A stretch of DNA of 64,000 nucleotides from Mobula hypostoma (taxonomy: Eukaryota), in contig NC_086097.1 in the NCBI RefSeq assembly GCF_963921235.1, positions 101,930,001-101,994,000 of the forward strand, read 5' to 3'. Positions within the stretch are counted from its first letter, which is position 1, and each line of letters starts with the position of its first letter. Under the pieces are notes generated by a model. It worked only from the letters and a program-made list of their open reading frames with translations. It was not told the origin of the DNA and did no database searches. Shown one piece after another: positions 24,242 to 35,170 of the stretch. Made by a program: the position numbers and the translations under genes.

Positions 24242-24499
24242 TCTTGCCTTAATACTGTGAGTATGCTACCCACTGTGAGTAACATTGCCAGGATACTGAC
24301 TCAAGACACAGCAGATATTGAAATCTGGAGAAAGCAACCTGCTGGAAGTATGATTACTGAACATCAGTAGAACGAAAGGTTAGGGCAGCAGAACTATTTT
24401 GATTATCAGCTATGATTTGTTAAGTGGGGAATCAGGCTTGAAGATGATGCCTGCAGTGGTTATGAGTAGGTTACTGAATTATTGTGTATAGTTTTCACA

Positions 24500-25030
24500 G
24501 GTTCCTTAAAGTTGTCATCGGCAGGGGTGGTTGTGGGGTTGAGCTCCCACTACCTGTTAAATGGTCAATGGCACGCACCTCAAGTATCCTCTGACAACCA
24601 AGCCCAGCGGAACCATTTCTACTGACAGAAGAAGGGGCAAAGGCGGGTTATCAGGGTCTTAAAACCTGTCACTTTGGGCAGATGGAGCTCGTCAGCCATG
24701 GTTGGTAGCTCATTTAGAAGGAAAACTCTGATCTCAAACCTCCGCTGTCTTGTGGCTATACCCTCTTATGGGGAAGACTTCCGGAATCAACCTGAGGAAA
24801 ACTACAGTGCTGGACAACTTCAGGCAGTCTTACATTGAGTTCCACAGTGACTGACAACTCCTGCGATGCCACTGGTGCCAAACTGTATCTGCCTCTGCCG
24901 TTCCTGTGCACTTATCAGCCGCGTGGAGATGGGGATCCGGATGCATGGGCAACAGCTTGCTGTCCATGCCATATGGCCCTGGCTTGTGCAACGATCCATG
25001 ATCGACCCTGACCGGTGAAGGGCCTCATGG
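24500..25030 (+). mobile_element. Probable RTE-clade 5'UTR-derived non-autonomous element
   Basis: Motif gaaggaaaactctgatctcaaacc resembles RTE/BovB-type 5' regions. No ORF. Confidence 0.4.
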
Positions 25031-25349
25031 TACTTGCACAGCGTATGGCTGTTATTATTGCCTGTAAAGCTCCGGTTTGGCTACATGCTGAGTACTATGT
25101 CTATTTCTGGTCGCCTCATACAATCGATCGATCTGAATATCCTAGAGCGGTTTTATGTGAATTGACACTGTGTCAAAGAGGCTTTACCACAATTGCTCCA
25201 GGCGATGGACTTTACAAGGTTTGATTAGAGAAGCTTCTGTTGCTCTCCTTGGCACAAAGGAAGATGAAGGAAAGATTTGATGAATGTGTACATGATTATG
25301 ATAAGCTGACATAGATTTAACCAAAAAGAATGTGTTCTCCATCAGCTGA

Positions 25350-26539
25350 TAATAGACAATAGACAATAGGGGCAGGAGTAGGCCATTCGGCCCTTCGAGC
25401 CAGCACTGCCATTCACTGTGATCATGGCTAATCATCCACAATCAGTATCCAGTTCCTGCCTTATCCCAATAACCTTTGATTCCGCTATCATTAAGAGCTC
25501 TATCCATCTCTTTCTTGAAAGCATCCAGAGACTTGGCCTCCACAGCCTTCTGGGGCAGAGCATTCCATACATCCACCACTCTCTCGGTGAAAAAGTTTTT
25601 CCTCAACTCCGTTCTAAATGGCGTACACCTTATTCTCAAACTGTGGCCTCTGGTTCTGGACTCTCCCATCAGCAGGAACATGCTTCTTGCCTCCAGCATG
25701 TCCAATCCCTTAATAATCGTGTATGTTTCAGTAAGATCCCCTCTCAGCCTTCTAAATTCCAGAGTATACAAGCCCAGTCGCTCCAATCTTTCGACATATG
25801 ACAGTCCCGCCATCCCGGGAATTAACCTTGTGAACCTACGCTGCACTCCCTCAATAGCAAGAATGTCCTTCCTCAAATTTGGAGACCAGAACTGCACACA
25901 GTACTCCAGGTATGGTCTCACCAGGGCCCTGTGCAGCTGCAGAAGGACCTCTTTGCTCTTATACTCAATTCCCCTTGTTATGAAAGCCAGCATGCCATTA
26001 GCTTTCTTCACTGCCTGCTGTACTTGCATGCTTGCTTTCAGTGACTGATGTACAAGAACACCTAGATCTCGTTGTGCTTCCCCTTTTCCTAACTTGACTC
26101 CATTTAGATAATAATCTGCCTTCCCGTTCTTATCACCAAAGTGGATAACCTCACATTTATTCACATTAAACTGCATCTGCCATGCATCTGCCCACTCACC
26201 CAGCCTGTCCAAGTCACCCTGTATTCTCATAACATCCTCCTCACATTTCACATTGCCACCCAGCTTTGTGTCATTGGCAAATTTGCTAATGTTACTTTTA
26301 ATTCCCTCATCTAAATCATTAATATATATTGTAAACAGCTGCGGTCCCAGCACTGAACCCTGCGGTACCCCACTGGTCACTGCCTGCCATTCCGAAAGGG
26401 ACCCGTTAATTGCTACTCTTTGTTTTCTGTCAGCCAGCCAATTTTCAATCCATGTCAGTACCATGTGCCCTAATTTTGCCCACTAATCTCCCATGTGGGA
26501 CTTTATCAAAGGCTTTCTGAAAGTCCAGGTACACTACAT
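25350..26539 (-). mobile_element. CR1 LINE 3' part with a 340-aa uninterrupted RT frame (25442-26464); resumes briefly after 27708
   Basis: WIENWLADRKQRV...PQGSVLGP...KFANDTK...QRDLGVLV...RPYLEYCVQFWSP; tail atagacaatagacaatag. Confidence 0.93.
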
Positions 26540-27708
26540 CAGGGGTCCCCAACCTTTTTTGCAGTGCGGACTGGTTTCATATTGACAATATTCTTGCGGA
26601 CCGGCCGACCGGGGGGGGGGGGCGGGGGGTGGTTGCCAACGGACACGAGTACAGTGGCAGTCGAATACGTTGTGTTCACCCCGAAAAGACTACAATGACC
26701 ACGAAGCCTTGCGCGGGCACCAGTGCGCATGCGTGACCTGCGTATGCGTGCACGTGCTGTTTTTTGCTACAAATTGTTTTTGGCGATTCTGTTCGGGAGG
26801 GGGGCGCTGTTAATCACGACCGGAATATCGGTGATAAGTGGCTAATACACTCAATTTCGTTTCTAAAAGGGTTTATCTAACGAATTTAATATTAAACACA
26901 CAGCGCATATTTTTCTTCCCATGAATATAGCGATAAGTCAATTATCAGGGGAGGACAGGGGGGCTTGAAATACGTGTTGAAAGAACTCCCAGTAGAAGTG
27001 GCAGAAGCAAGTTCGATATTATTTAAAGTTAAATTGGATAGGAATATAGACAGGAAAGGAATGGGGGTTATGGGCTGAGTGCAGGTCGGTGGGACTAGGT
27101 GAGAGTAGCGTTCGGCACGGACTAGAAGGGCAGAGATGGCCTGTTTCCGTGCTGTGATTGTTGTATGGTTATATAAGTAAGTCAATAGCATCATAACATT
27201 TTAAGTAACGTTTGGATATTAAACACACAGCGCATATTTTCCCCGTATGAACATATAAAATCATTGCAACGCACCAACATCGCTGAATCAGTGGGAGCCC
27301 TGGGCTTGTTTCCCTGCAACAAGACGGGTGATGGGAGACAGCGATACTCGAATGGGTTCCTTAAGTCCAGTCTATTCCGCAATTTAGTTTTTGTTACATT
27401 CATCGCAGAGATAAATTGGAAATGGAAGCAACGTTTTCAGTACTTCCATGGCCATCTCAGGATATTCGCCCTTGACTTTAATCCAGAATGCCGGCAGAGA
27501 TGTTATGTCAAACATAATTTTCAGCCCGTCGTCATTTGCAAACTCGAGGAGTTGATCTCCTTCCCGCGCTGACATGGTTGACGCGCGGGTAATGACCTCG
27601 CGTGCGTTCAAGCTCAACAGTGCGCGTGACAGGGCATGAGGAAAGGTGCAGCTGACTCATATCGCGAATCACATCGTTTCCTCGCGGCCCGGTGGTTGGG
27701 GACCGCTG
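26540..27708 (-). mobile_element. Non-autonomous hAT (Buster/Charlie-type) element with a transposase C-terminal remnant and an internal CR1 3' tail
   Basis: TIRs CAGGGGTCCCCAACC and GGTTGGGGACCGCTG (14/15 match). Perfect 8-bp TSD CACTACAT at 26532-26539 and 27709-27716. Remnant FWIKVKGEYPEMAMEVLKTLLPFP and MNVTKTKLRNRLD. Confidence 0.93.
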
Positions 27709-27889
27709 CACTACATCCACTGGTTCTGATAGTATAAGGATGAGCAATCAGAGATTTAAAGAAATCCGGAGGTGAGTAAGAACGTACTTACACAATGGGT
27801 GGAAAACATCAGAAATGAGAGTACTGAAAACCAAGCCACAGACAATTTCATAACAAAGTACAGAGCTGATGGGGAGAAATGTTCTCCAG

Positions 27890-28032
27890 TGCCAGGGGGA
27901 TGACTAGGATGACCGTGAGTGAGAGGGAAACAACTAGGATGACCAGGAGTGTTGGGAAAATGGCTAAAATGACCAGGGGTGATGGGAAAATGACTAGGAT
28001 GACCAGGGGTGATGGGGAAACAACTAGGATGA
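27890..28032. repeat. 30-bp tandem repeat, 4-5 units
   Basis: Unit tgactaggatgaccaggggtgatgggaaaa. Confidence 0.75.
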
Positions 28033-28221
28033 TTGGATTGTTCAGCAGAAAGTTGACATGAATGATGGGTCAAATGTATCATTCAGCATGAATTGACACT
28101 GTGACTATCATATTTCTAGGCTTCCCATTGCTAATAGGTGTGCTTGCCTGAATTTTGAAAGAGTAGTAGTGCTTAGAAAAGTTCTCCTGTAATCAGATCA
28201 GTTCATTCATCGTTAATCAAA

Positions 28222-28948
28222 GACTATAAGTCTATAAGAAATAGGAGCAGAATTAGGCCATTCAGCCCATCAAGTCTGCCCCACCATTTCATCATGGCTG
28301 ATCTGGATCTCACTCAACACCATACACTTGCCTTCTTCCCATATCCTTTGATGCCCTGACTGGTCAGGAAACAATCAATGTCTCCTTTAAATGTACCCAC
28401 GGACTTGGCCTCCTCCGCAGCCTGTGGTAGAGCATTCCACAGATTCACTACTCCAGCTAAAAAAAATTCCTCCTTACCACTGACTATAAGGTCGCCTCTG
28501 GCGTAGTGGCATCAGCATCGGACTTTGGGACGAAAGGTCCCAAGTTAGAATCCAGCCGGCTCCCCTGCATGCTTTCCATCCGTGCTGGGTTATGAGCCGG
28601 TGATCTCTTTGGAAACTCACCTGGCAGAAGGCAATGGCAAACCACTGCTGTAACTTGCCTCGTACGCAGTTCCCCACTACGTCAGAGTGGCGTGGAGGGA
28701 AATCGTCCGCTAACCGGAGAAATTCCGGATGTGATGTACCTTTCCTTTCCTAGTTTTGGATACCTCCACCCCCCCATCCCCCCCTCCATAGGAAGCATCC
28801 TCTCCACATCCACCTTATCTAGTCCTTTCAACATTCAGTAGGTTTCAATGAAATTTCCCCACCCCCGCATTCTTCTAAATTCCAGTGTGTGTAGGCCTAA
28901 AACTGCCAAACCCTCTTCATATGTTAACCTCTTCATTCCCAGAATCAT
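28222..28948 (-). mobile_element. CR1 3' tail fragment containing a SINE insertion
   Basis: ctataagtctataag tail followed by the ggagcagaattaggccattcagccc CR1 3'UTR. Confidence 0.75.
28491..28750 (+). mobile_element. tRNA-derived SINE with an RTE/BovB-like body
   Basis: A box TGGCGTAGTGG and B-box-like AAGTTAGAATCC. Head matches that of 2379-2593. Body contains GAAGGCAATGGCAAACCACT. Tail (tttcc)n. Confidence 0.75.
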
Positions 28949-30065
28949 AGAAGGAAGACAATTATTGGCCAGGCGTTATACACTCACTCCTTACTACTGG
29001 TGGAATCCTTTGCCTTTGTAACTAGAGGAATAATTCCATGGTGCTACTCGGGAATGTTCTCCTTATTGGTGCCAAAATATTCTCTAACTTCCTTATTCTC
29101 AACTGTTCACAAGCACCAGTGTGTTTTACATCCTGTCAAGTACTTTTGATATAGCAATGGCTGGTAGTGAGCAGATGGCAACTTCACATAGTTGTAATAG
29201 AAAAGGGCATAGTACTGGGAAATAAGATGCTCCTGTAGGAATTGCCTCCTCCAAAATGAGATTCTTCAGTCCTTGGTGGCACCATGCATCCTGCTGTGGG
29301 CCTTCGTTTTATTCATCGAGCAGACTGGTTAGATGGATTCATTGGACTCATGCTTGACCACACTTGTATCTGCAACTCGGACTGGCAATAAATAGTTCTG
29401 TGCTAGCTGCCAGGCACCTGGAGGAAGGGAGTGTCATCTTCAGTTTTGGAAAGAACTAACTAAATGATTTATTGAGATACAGTCTGGAACAGGGCTTTCC
29501 AGCCCTTCGAGCCACACCACACAGCAACCCCAAACTTAACCCTAACCTAATCACGGGACCACTTGCAATAACCAATTAACCTAACAATTGATACATGTTT
29601 GGAGCACACGATTAAAACCCATGCATTCCACGGGGAGAATGTACAGACTCCTTACAGATGACATCAGAATTGAACTCTGAACTCCGACACTCCGAACTGT
29701 AATGGCATCGTGGTAACCGCTATGCTCTCCTGACACCCACATCAGAAACTACAACTGGAAAGGCATCAAGTGACATTGACTTTCTCTTGTACACAGTACA
29801 AGCCCCCTATCCCGAACAGCCCCATCCCGACACCATTTCCAGAATTTCTTATCCCAGCCTCGTCATCCCTAAAGCACCAACACTTCAAAAGCATAAACTG
29901 TCCTCAGGCATTTATGAGAGGCATTTGGGCCCACCCTAAGCTACAAATGGCCAAATTATGAATGCCCCATACATACAAAAGGGCTCATAAACATTAATAA
30001 ACTCAGAAGAAGAGAACAAATCTTGACCCTGTTTACATGGACCCAGCTTGCACAGGCTGCCAGTT

Positions 30066-30084
30066 TGACCACAAGAGGGCACTT
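30066..30084 (+). promoter_or_regulatory. Candidate CTCF-binding motif
   Basis: TGACCACAAGAGGGCACTT closely fits the CTCF core consensus CCASYAGRKGGCRS and lies in sequence I could not assign to a repeat. Confidence 0.45.
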
Positions 30085-30289
30085 AGGTGATTTGCTTTGA
30101 AAACAGATGAGTGATTGTTTCTATTAATACTTGTGCAACAATTAAACAAAGGAACATTCGTAGATGCTTCAAGCCCATTGAAACCAGACACCAAGAATGG
30201 GACATTCTGATTCTGTACTCCTGTACCCGGCCAGGGGAGGAAAATAAATAAATGTAACATGCACAAAATGCTGGAGTCCCCTCATTACA

Positions 30290-30750
30290 CAATTGAAAGT
30301 GGAGAGGGTCAGTAACTTTAAATGCCTTGCCATTATCATATCAGAGGATCTGTCCTGAGACCTGCATGTAAGAGCCAAAGAAGCCTCTACTTCCTTAGAA
30401 ATTTGCGCAGATTACGCATGTCATCTGAAACTTTAGCAAACTTTTGTCGATGCAGAGTGGAGAGTGTTCTGACAGATTGCATCAGAGCCTGGTATGGAAA
30501 CACCAATATGCAAGAATGGAAAAGCCGACAAACATTAATGTTTACAGCCTAGTCCATTGTGGGGAAAGCACCCCCCCCCCACCACCATTGAGCACATCTA
30601 CAAGGAGTGCTGCCACAAAAAACAGCATCCATCTTCCAGGAGCCTCACTATCTAGGCCATGTCCTCTTCTCACTGTTGCCATACAGGAGCAGTTATTACC
30701 CCTCAGGCTCCTGATCCATCATGGATAACTGCACTCTCCTCAACACTGAA
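30290..30750 (+). mobile_element. Degenerate Rex1/Babar/L2-like LINE 3' fragment
   Basis: KSQRSLYFLRNLRRL...LANFCRCRVESVLTDCIRAWYGN. Confidence 0.75.
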
Positions 30751-30985
30751 CTAATTTACTATCTATCCTACCTACTATTCCCATTAAGATTGTGTGTATG
30801 TTTATCAGGTTCTCCTTCAGCCCCCTTTATTGGAGAGGAAACAAGCCCAGCCTGCTGAGCCTCCCCTGAAACATCCAATCTCAAGCAACGTCCTGGTGAA
30901 TGTACTCTGCACCCTCTCCAGTGCAATCACATCCGTCCCATAGACTGGTGACCAGAGCAGCATACAATATTCCTGTTGCAAGCGG

Positions 30986-32008
30986 TGTAGGGAGTGGACC
31001 CAAGTGCAGGACACAGACACGTAAGTAGCATTAACAGAAGTGTGTTTGTTAATAGTTGCCAGGAAAACCGGGGAGCGAGGATAAAATGCTTACGTGGACG
31101 AGAATGCGGGACAACAAACAGGAGGAGCTTGGACTTGGACTTGGCCGTGGAGCCTGTACTCGGACGCGGAACCTGGACTTGGACTTGGAGTCACACTTGG
31201 ATACAGAGCCTGGACTTGAACTTGAACTTGGACTCAGACACGGACAGACAGAATACCCAACTCGGAGTAGCAGCAAGCAGCCGGGCCTACTCAGCTGGAA
31301 ATGAGGTGACCAAACCAAACAACAACAGACAATCCATACCTTGACACGGAGTAGCTCATGAAGCGGCAAGCGACCAGCAATCACTCAGCTGGACACGAAG
31401 AGACAGAGTTCCCAACTCGCAGTAGCAGCAAACGGCTGGAACCTACTCAGCTGGAATCAAGATGACTAACCCAACTGAAGACAGACAATACAAATCTTAA
31501 CACGGAGTAGCTCATGAAGCGGCAAACGGCCAGCAATCACCAGCTGGACACGAAGAGACAGAATTCCCAGCTCAGAGTGGCGGCAAAAGGCCGGACCTAC
31601 TCAGCTGGAAACAAGAAGACAAAAACCAAACAATGACAGTCCATTTGTATCTTGGTTTGGAGTGGCGGCAATTGGCCAGCAAATCTCAGCAGGACATGAA
31701 AATGACAGAATTTGCATCTTGACTCAGAGTAGTGGCAAAACGGCCAGCAACTCAGCTGGACACGAAAACGACTGAATCCACTAAGCAGCCACAGGCACCG
31801 AAGCAACTTCAAGTCCATGATTCTCGGCGGCTCCAGGACAAGCATAGCCAGACTGGCTACGGTGACGAACCAGCAGCGAGTAGATGTAAGCCAGAGTCTT
31901 TACGCTGCCAGCTCGAATGAGGATCATGTGCCCTAATCAAGGAGTCCAGTGGATCACAAGGAAAAGGAAATTAACTGAAATAAGGAGTCAACAGACTGGA
32001 CCGTGACA
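30986..32008 (-). mobile_element. Probable solo LTR, ~1 kb, with internal tandem repeats of ~155 bp
   Basis: Minus strand runs TGTCACGG...CCCTACA (TG...CA). Flanked by CR1-like sequence. The block ctactcagctggaa recurs near 31290, 31445 and 31600. No clear TSD. Confidence 0.55.
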
Positions 32009-32214
32009 ATTCCAGCTCCTCACTATCAGATTACTCTCCTCACTGGAACAGTTATCACATTAAACCAGTTCAAAGTTCTAAGTAATTTTATTATCAAGGT
32101 ACATATATGTCACCGTATACAACCCTGAGATGCATTTTCCTGTGGGCATACTCAGTAAATCTATAGAATAGTAACGATAACAGGATCAATGAATGATCAA
32201 ACAGAATGCAGAAG

Positions 32215-32545
32215 GTTCAACCAAGCAATATGTTTACAAGATTACTCAAATATTACTGAAATATTAAATACACTACTCACCTCCCTGCCTAGCTATAAAC
32301 TCCAACTCACTATGGAATGCAAGTCAACTATGTATACAGTGTACCAGATAACACAACTATAACATAGATGTCCACAGCATAGTAAATTTTAAATTGATCC
32401 CTTCAAGCCTAAAGATTTAATTGCTGGGGTGGATGACATACTCTTGTGGGAATAGTGCCTTTCCTGACGAGGTCTCGCTCTGCTTGCAGGTGTGACTTGT
32501 GGCTGTGAAACCACCTCAGGTTCAGGAATATGAGGATTGGCCCTG
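32215..32545 (-). mobile_element. Gypsy-like 3' end remnant: integrase tail, PPT and start of LTR
   Basis: Purine-rich AGGCAGGGAGGTGA precedes an AT-rich LTR-like segment on the minus strand. Peptide EVVSQPQVTP...ERHYS. A short piece of the 1498/6196 LTR family follows at ~32550-32655. Confidence 0.45.
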
Positions 32546-33271
32546 GTCTTTATTTGGCAGAAGATGAAGAGAAAAGACACTGGGGAGAACCAGTCATAGG
32601 ATTCGATCCGGTGGGGAAATGTGACTCGATGGAGCCAGGGTGCAGAGGTCTGCTGATAATTGCTTTCTTTTGAAGGCAAAGGATCTATCAGACAGGAACC
32701 AGAGGATAAAGCTTAACAAAGGAAAATGTCCAGACCTTTACAGGATGCAAAGGATTGTGGGCGCTGGTGAATGAGCACAAGGGGACTGGTTTCTCTAAGT
32801 CAGTATCATGTCATTTAAACACTGTGTAGTGGGCTGTATTCCACATCTGCACTATACATGCTGATTCAACTGAATCGCTCAGGGTCAGCCAAATTACATA
32901 TGTATCATGTGCTCCTGAATGAAACTGGCTTCTCTGCCTGAGTGCTCTCACAATGGAAGGATGGGACTTGACACAGCAGCAGATGGTAAAGACTATGTAT
33001 TCCCCCTGTTCAATATATTCATGACCCAGGTAATTACATACATTCAAGCATTCACTGAACCCAATGTAAAGTTTGTCCCACTCCACTCCTTGTGGATTAC
33101 TGCTAAAAATGAACACAAAACAAGGAATGTTAAGTGAATTTTAATCCTTTACATGGGCAATCAATATGGTGTTGGAATTTATTGCTTTTTATATATTTAG
33201 TTTCAAATGCCTTTGTTTAAACTGTAAAATAAATGATCATGAAGAATTTTTTAAAAAACCATCTCAGGTTC

Positions 33272-35170
33272 TAGCAACACACATCAAAGTTGCTGGTGAA
33301 CGCAGCAGGCCAGGCAGCATCTCTAGGAAGAGGTGCAGTCAACGTTTCGGGCCGAGACCCTTCATCAGGACTAACTGAAGGAAGAGTTAGTAAGAGATTT
33401 GAAAGTGGGAGGGGGAGGGGGAGATCCAAAATGATAGGAGAAGACAGGAGGGGGAGGGATGGAACCAAGAGCTGGACAGGTGATTGGCAAAAGGGATATA
33501 AGAGGATCATGGGACAGGAGGTCCAGGGAGAAAGAAAAGGTGGGGGGAACCCAGAGGATGGGCAAGGGGTATAGTCAGAGGGACAGAGGGAGAAAAAGGA
33601 GAGAGAAAAAAGAATGTGTGTATATAAATAAATAACGGATGGGGTAAGAGGGGGAGGTGGGGCATTAGCAGAAGTTTGAGAAGTCAACGCTCATGGCATC
33701 AGGTTGGAGGCTACCCAGACAGAATATAAGGGGTTGTTCCTCCAACCTGAGTGTGGCTTCATCTTTACAGTAGAGGAGGCCGTGGATAGACATATCAGGA
33801 TGGGAATAGGACATGGAATTAAAATGTGTGGCCACTGGGAGATCCTGCTTTCTCTGGCGGACAGAGCGTAGGTACCTCAAACCTGAGGGACGGAGAGGGG
33901 TGGAGAGGGAAAGATGTGCTTAGTGGTGGGGTCCTGTTGAAGGCGGCGGAAGTTGCGGAGGATAATGTGCTGGATCTGGAGGCTGGTGGGGTGGTAGGTG
34001 AGAACAAGGGGAACTCTCCCTGTTGTGGTGGCGGGAGGATGGGGTGAGGGCCAAAGTGCGGGGAATGGAGGAGATGTGGGTGGGGGCATCATTGACGGCA
34101 GAAGAAAAACCACGATCCTTAAAGAAAGAGGATATTTGAGATGTCCTGGAATGGAAAGCCTCATCCTGGGAGCAGATGCGGCAGAGACGGAGGAACTGGG
34201 AATAGGGAATGGCATTTTTGCATGTGGCAGGGTGGGAAGAGGTATAGTTGAGGTAGTTATGAGAGTCAGTGGGCTTATAGAAGATGTCAGTGGACAATCT
34301 GTCTCCAGAGATGGCGAGCAAGAGATTGAAAAGGGGAGAGAAGTGTCCGAGATGGACCGAGTGAATTTGAGGGCTAGGTGGAAGTTAGAAGCAAAGTTGA
34401 TGAAATTGACGAGCTCAGCATGGGTGCAGGAAGCACCAACAATTTAGTCATCAATGTAGCAAAGGAAAAGTTGGGGAGCAGTACCAGAATAGGATTGGAG
34501 CATAGACTGTTCCACATAACCAACAAAGAGGCAGGCATAGCTGGGGCCCATGCGAGCGCCCATAGCTACACTCTTGGCCTGAAGAAAGTGGAAAGAGCCA
34601 AAAGAGAAGTTATTAAGTGTGAGTACCAATTCCGCCAACCGGAGGAGGGTGGTGGTGGTGGGGAACTGGTGGGGTCTATTGTCCAGAAAGTAGCGGAGGG
34701 CTTTGAGGCCTTCTTGATGGGAATGGAAGTGTTTAAGGATTTGACATCCATAGTGAAAATGAAGCAGTCAAGACCGGGGAACTGGAAGTTATTGAAGAGG
34801 TGGAGGGCATGGGATGTATCCTGGATGTAGGTGGGAAGGGACCAAATGGAGTCCAGGTAGGCAGATACATGTTTGGTGGGGCAGGAGCAGGCAGAAGCTA
34901 TGGGTCTACCGGGACAGTCAGGCTTGTGGATCTAGGGGAGGAGGTAAAACCGAGCAGTGTGGTATGTGGGAATTATGAGTTTTGTGGCTGAGGATGGAAG
35001 TTCTCTGGAGTTGATAAGGGCAGAGGTGGTACGGGAGACAATGGTTTGATGTTTTTGGTGGGTCCTGTTCCAGGGGTAAGTAAGAGGAGGTGTCAGAGAG
35101 CTGCATTTGGCCTCAGTGAGGTAGAGATTCACTGCCAGACTACTAAGGCACCACCTTTGTCTGCGGGTTA
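33272..35170 (-). mobile_element. Penelope-like element: 3' pLTR plus decayed RT and partly deleted GIY-YIG; truncated at the satellite
   Basis: ADKGGALVVW (~35140-35165), MDVKSL, ELVLTLNNFSF, AMGARMGPSYACLFVG, YIDD, TDIFYKPTD, AIPYSQFLRLCRICS. Internal deletion near 33880. Confidence 0.92.
33337..33372 (-). ncRNA. Minimal type I hammerhead ribozyme in the PLE pLTR
   Basis: Minus strand reads AGTC-CTGATGA-AGGGTCTCGGCCC-GAAA-CGTT-GACT. Same fold as 1085-1120, with a GUU triplet. Confidence 0.85.

Noticed and set aside
28491..28572. tRNA gene (also 2520-2593, minus strand)
   Set aside because: A and B boxes are present, but I see no convincing cloverleaf and the sequence runs into SINE body and tail.
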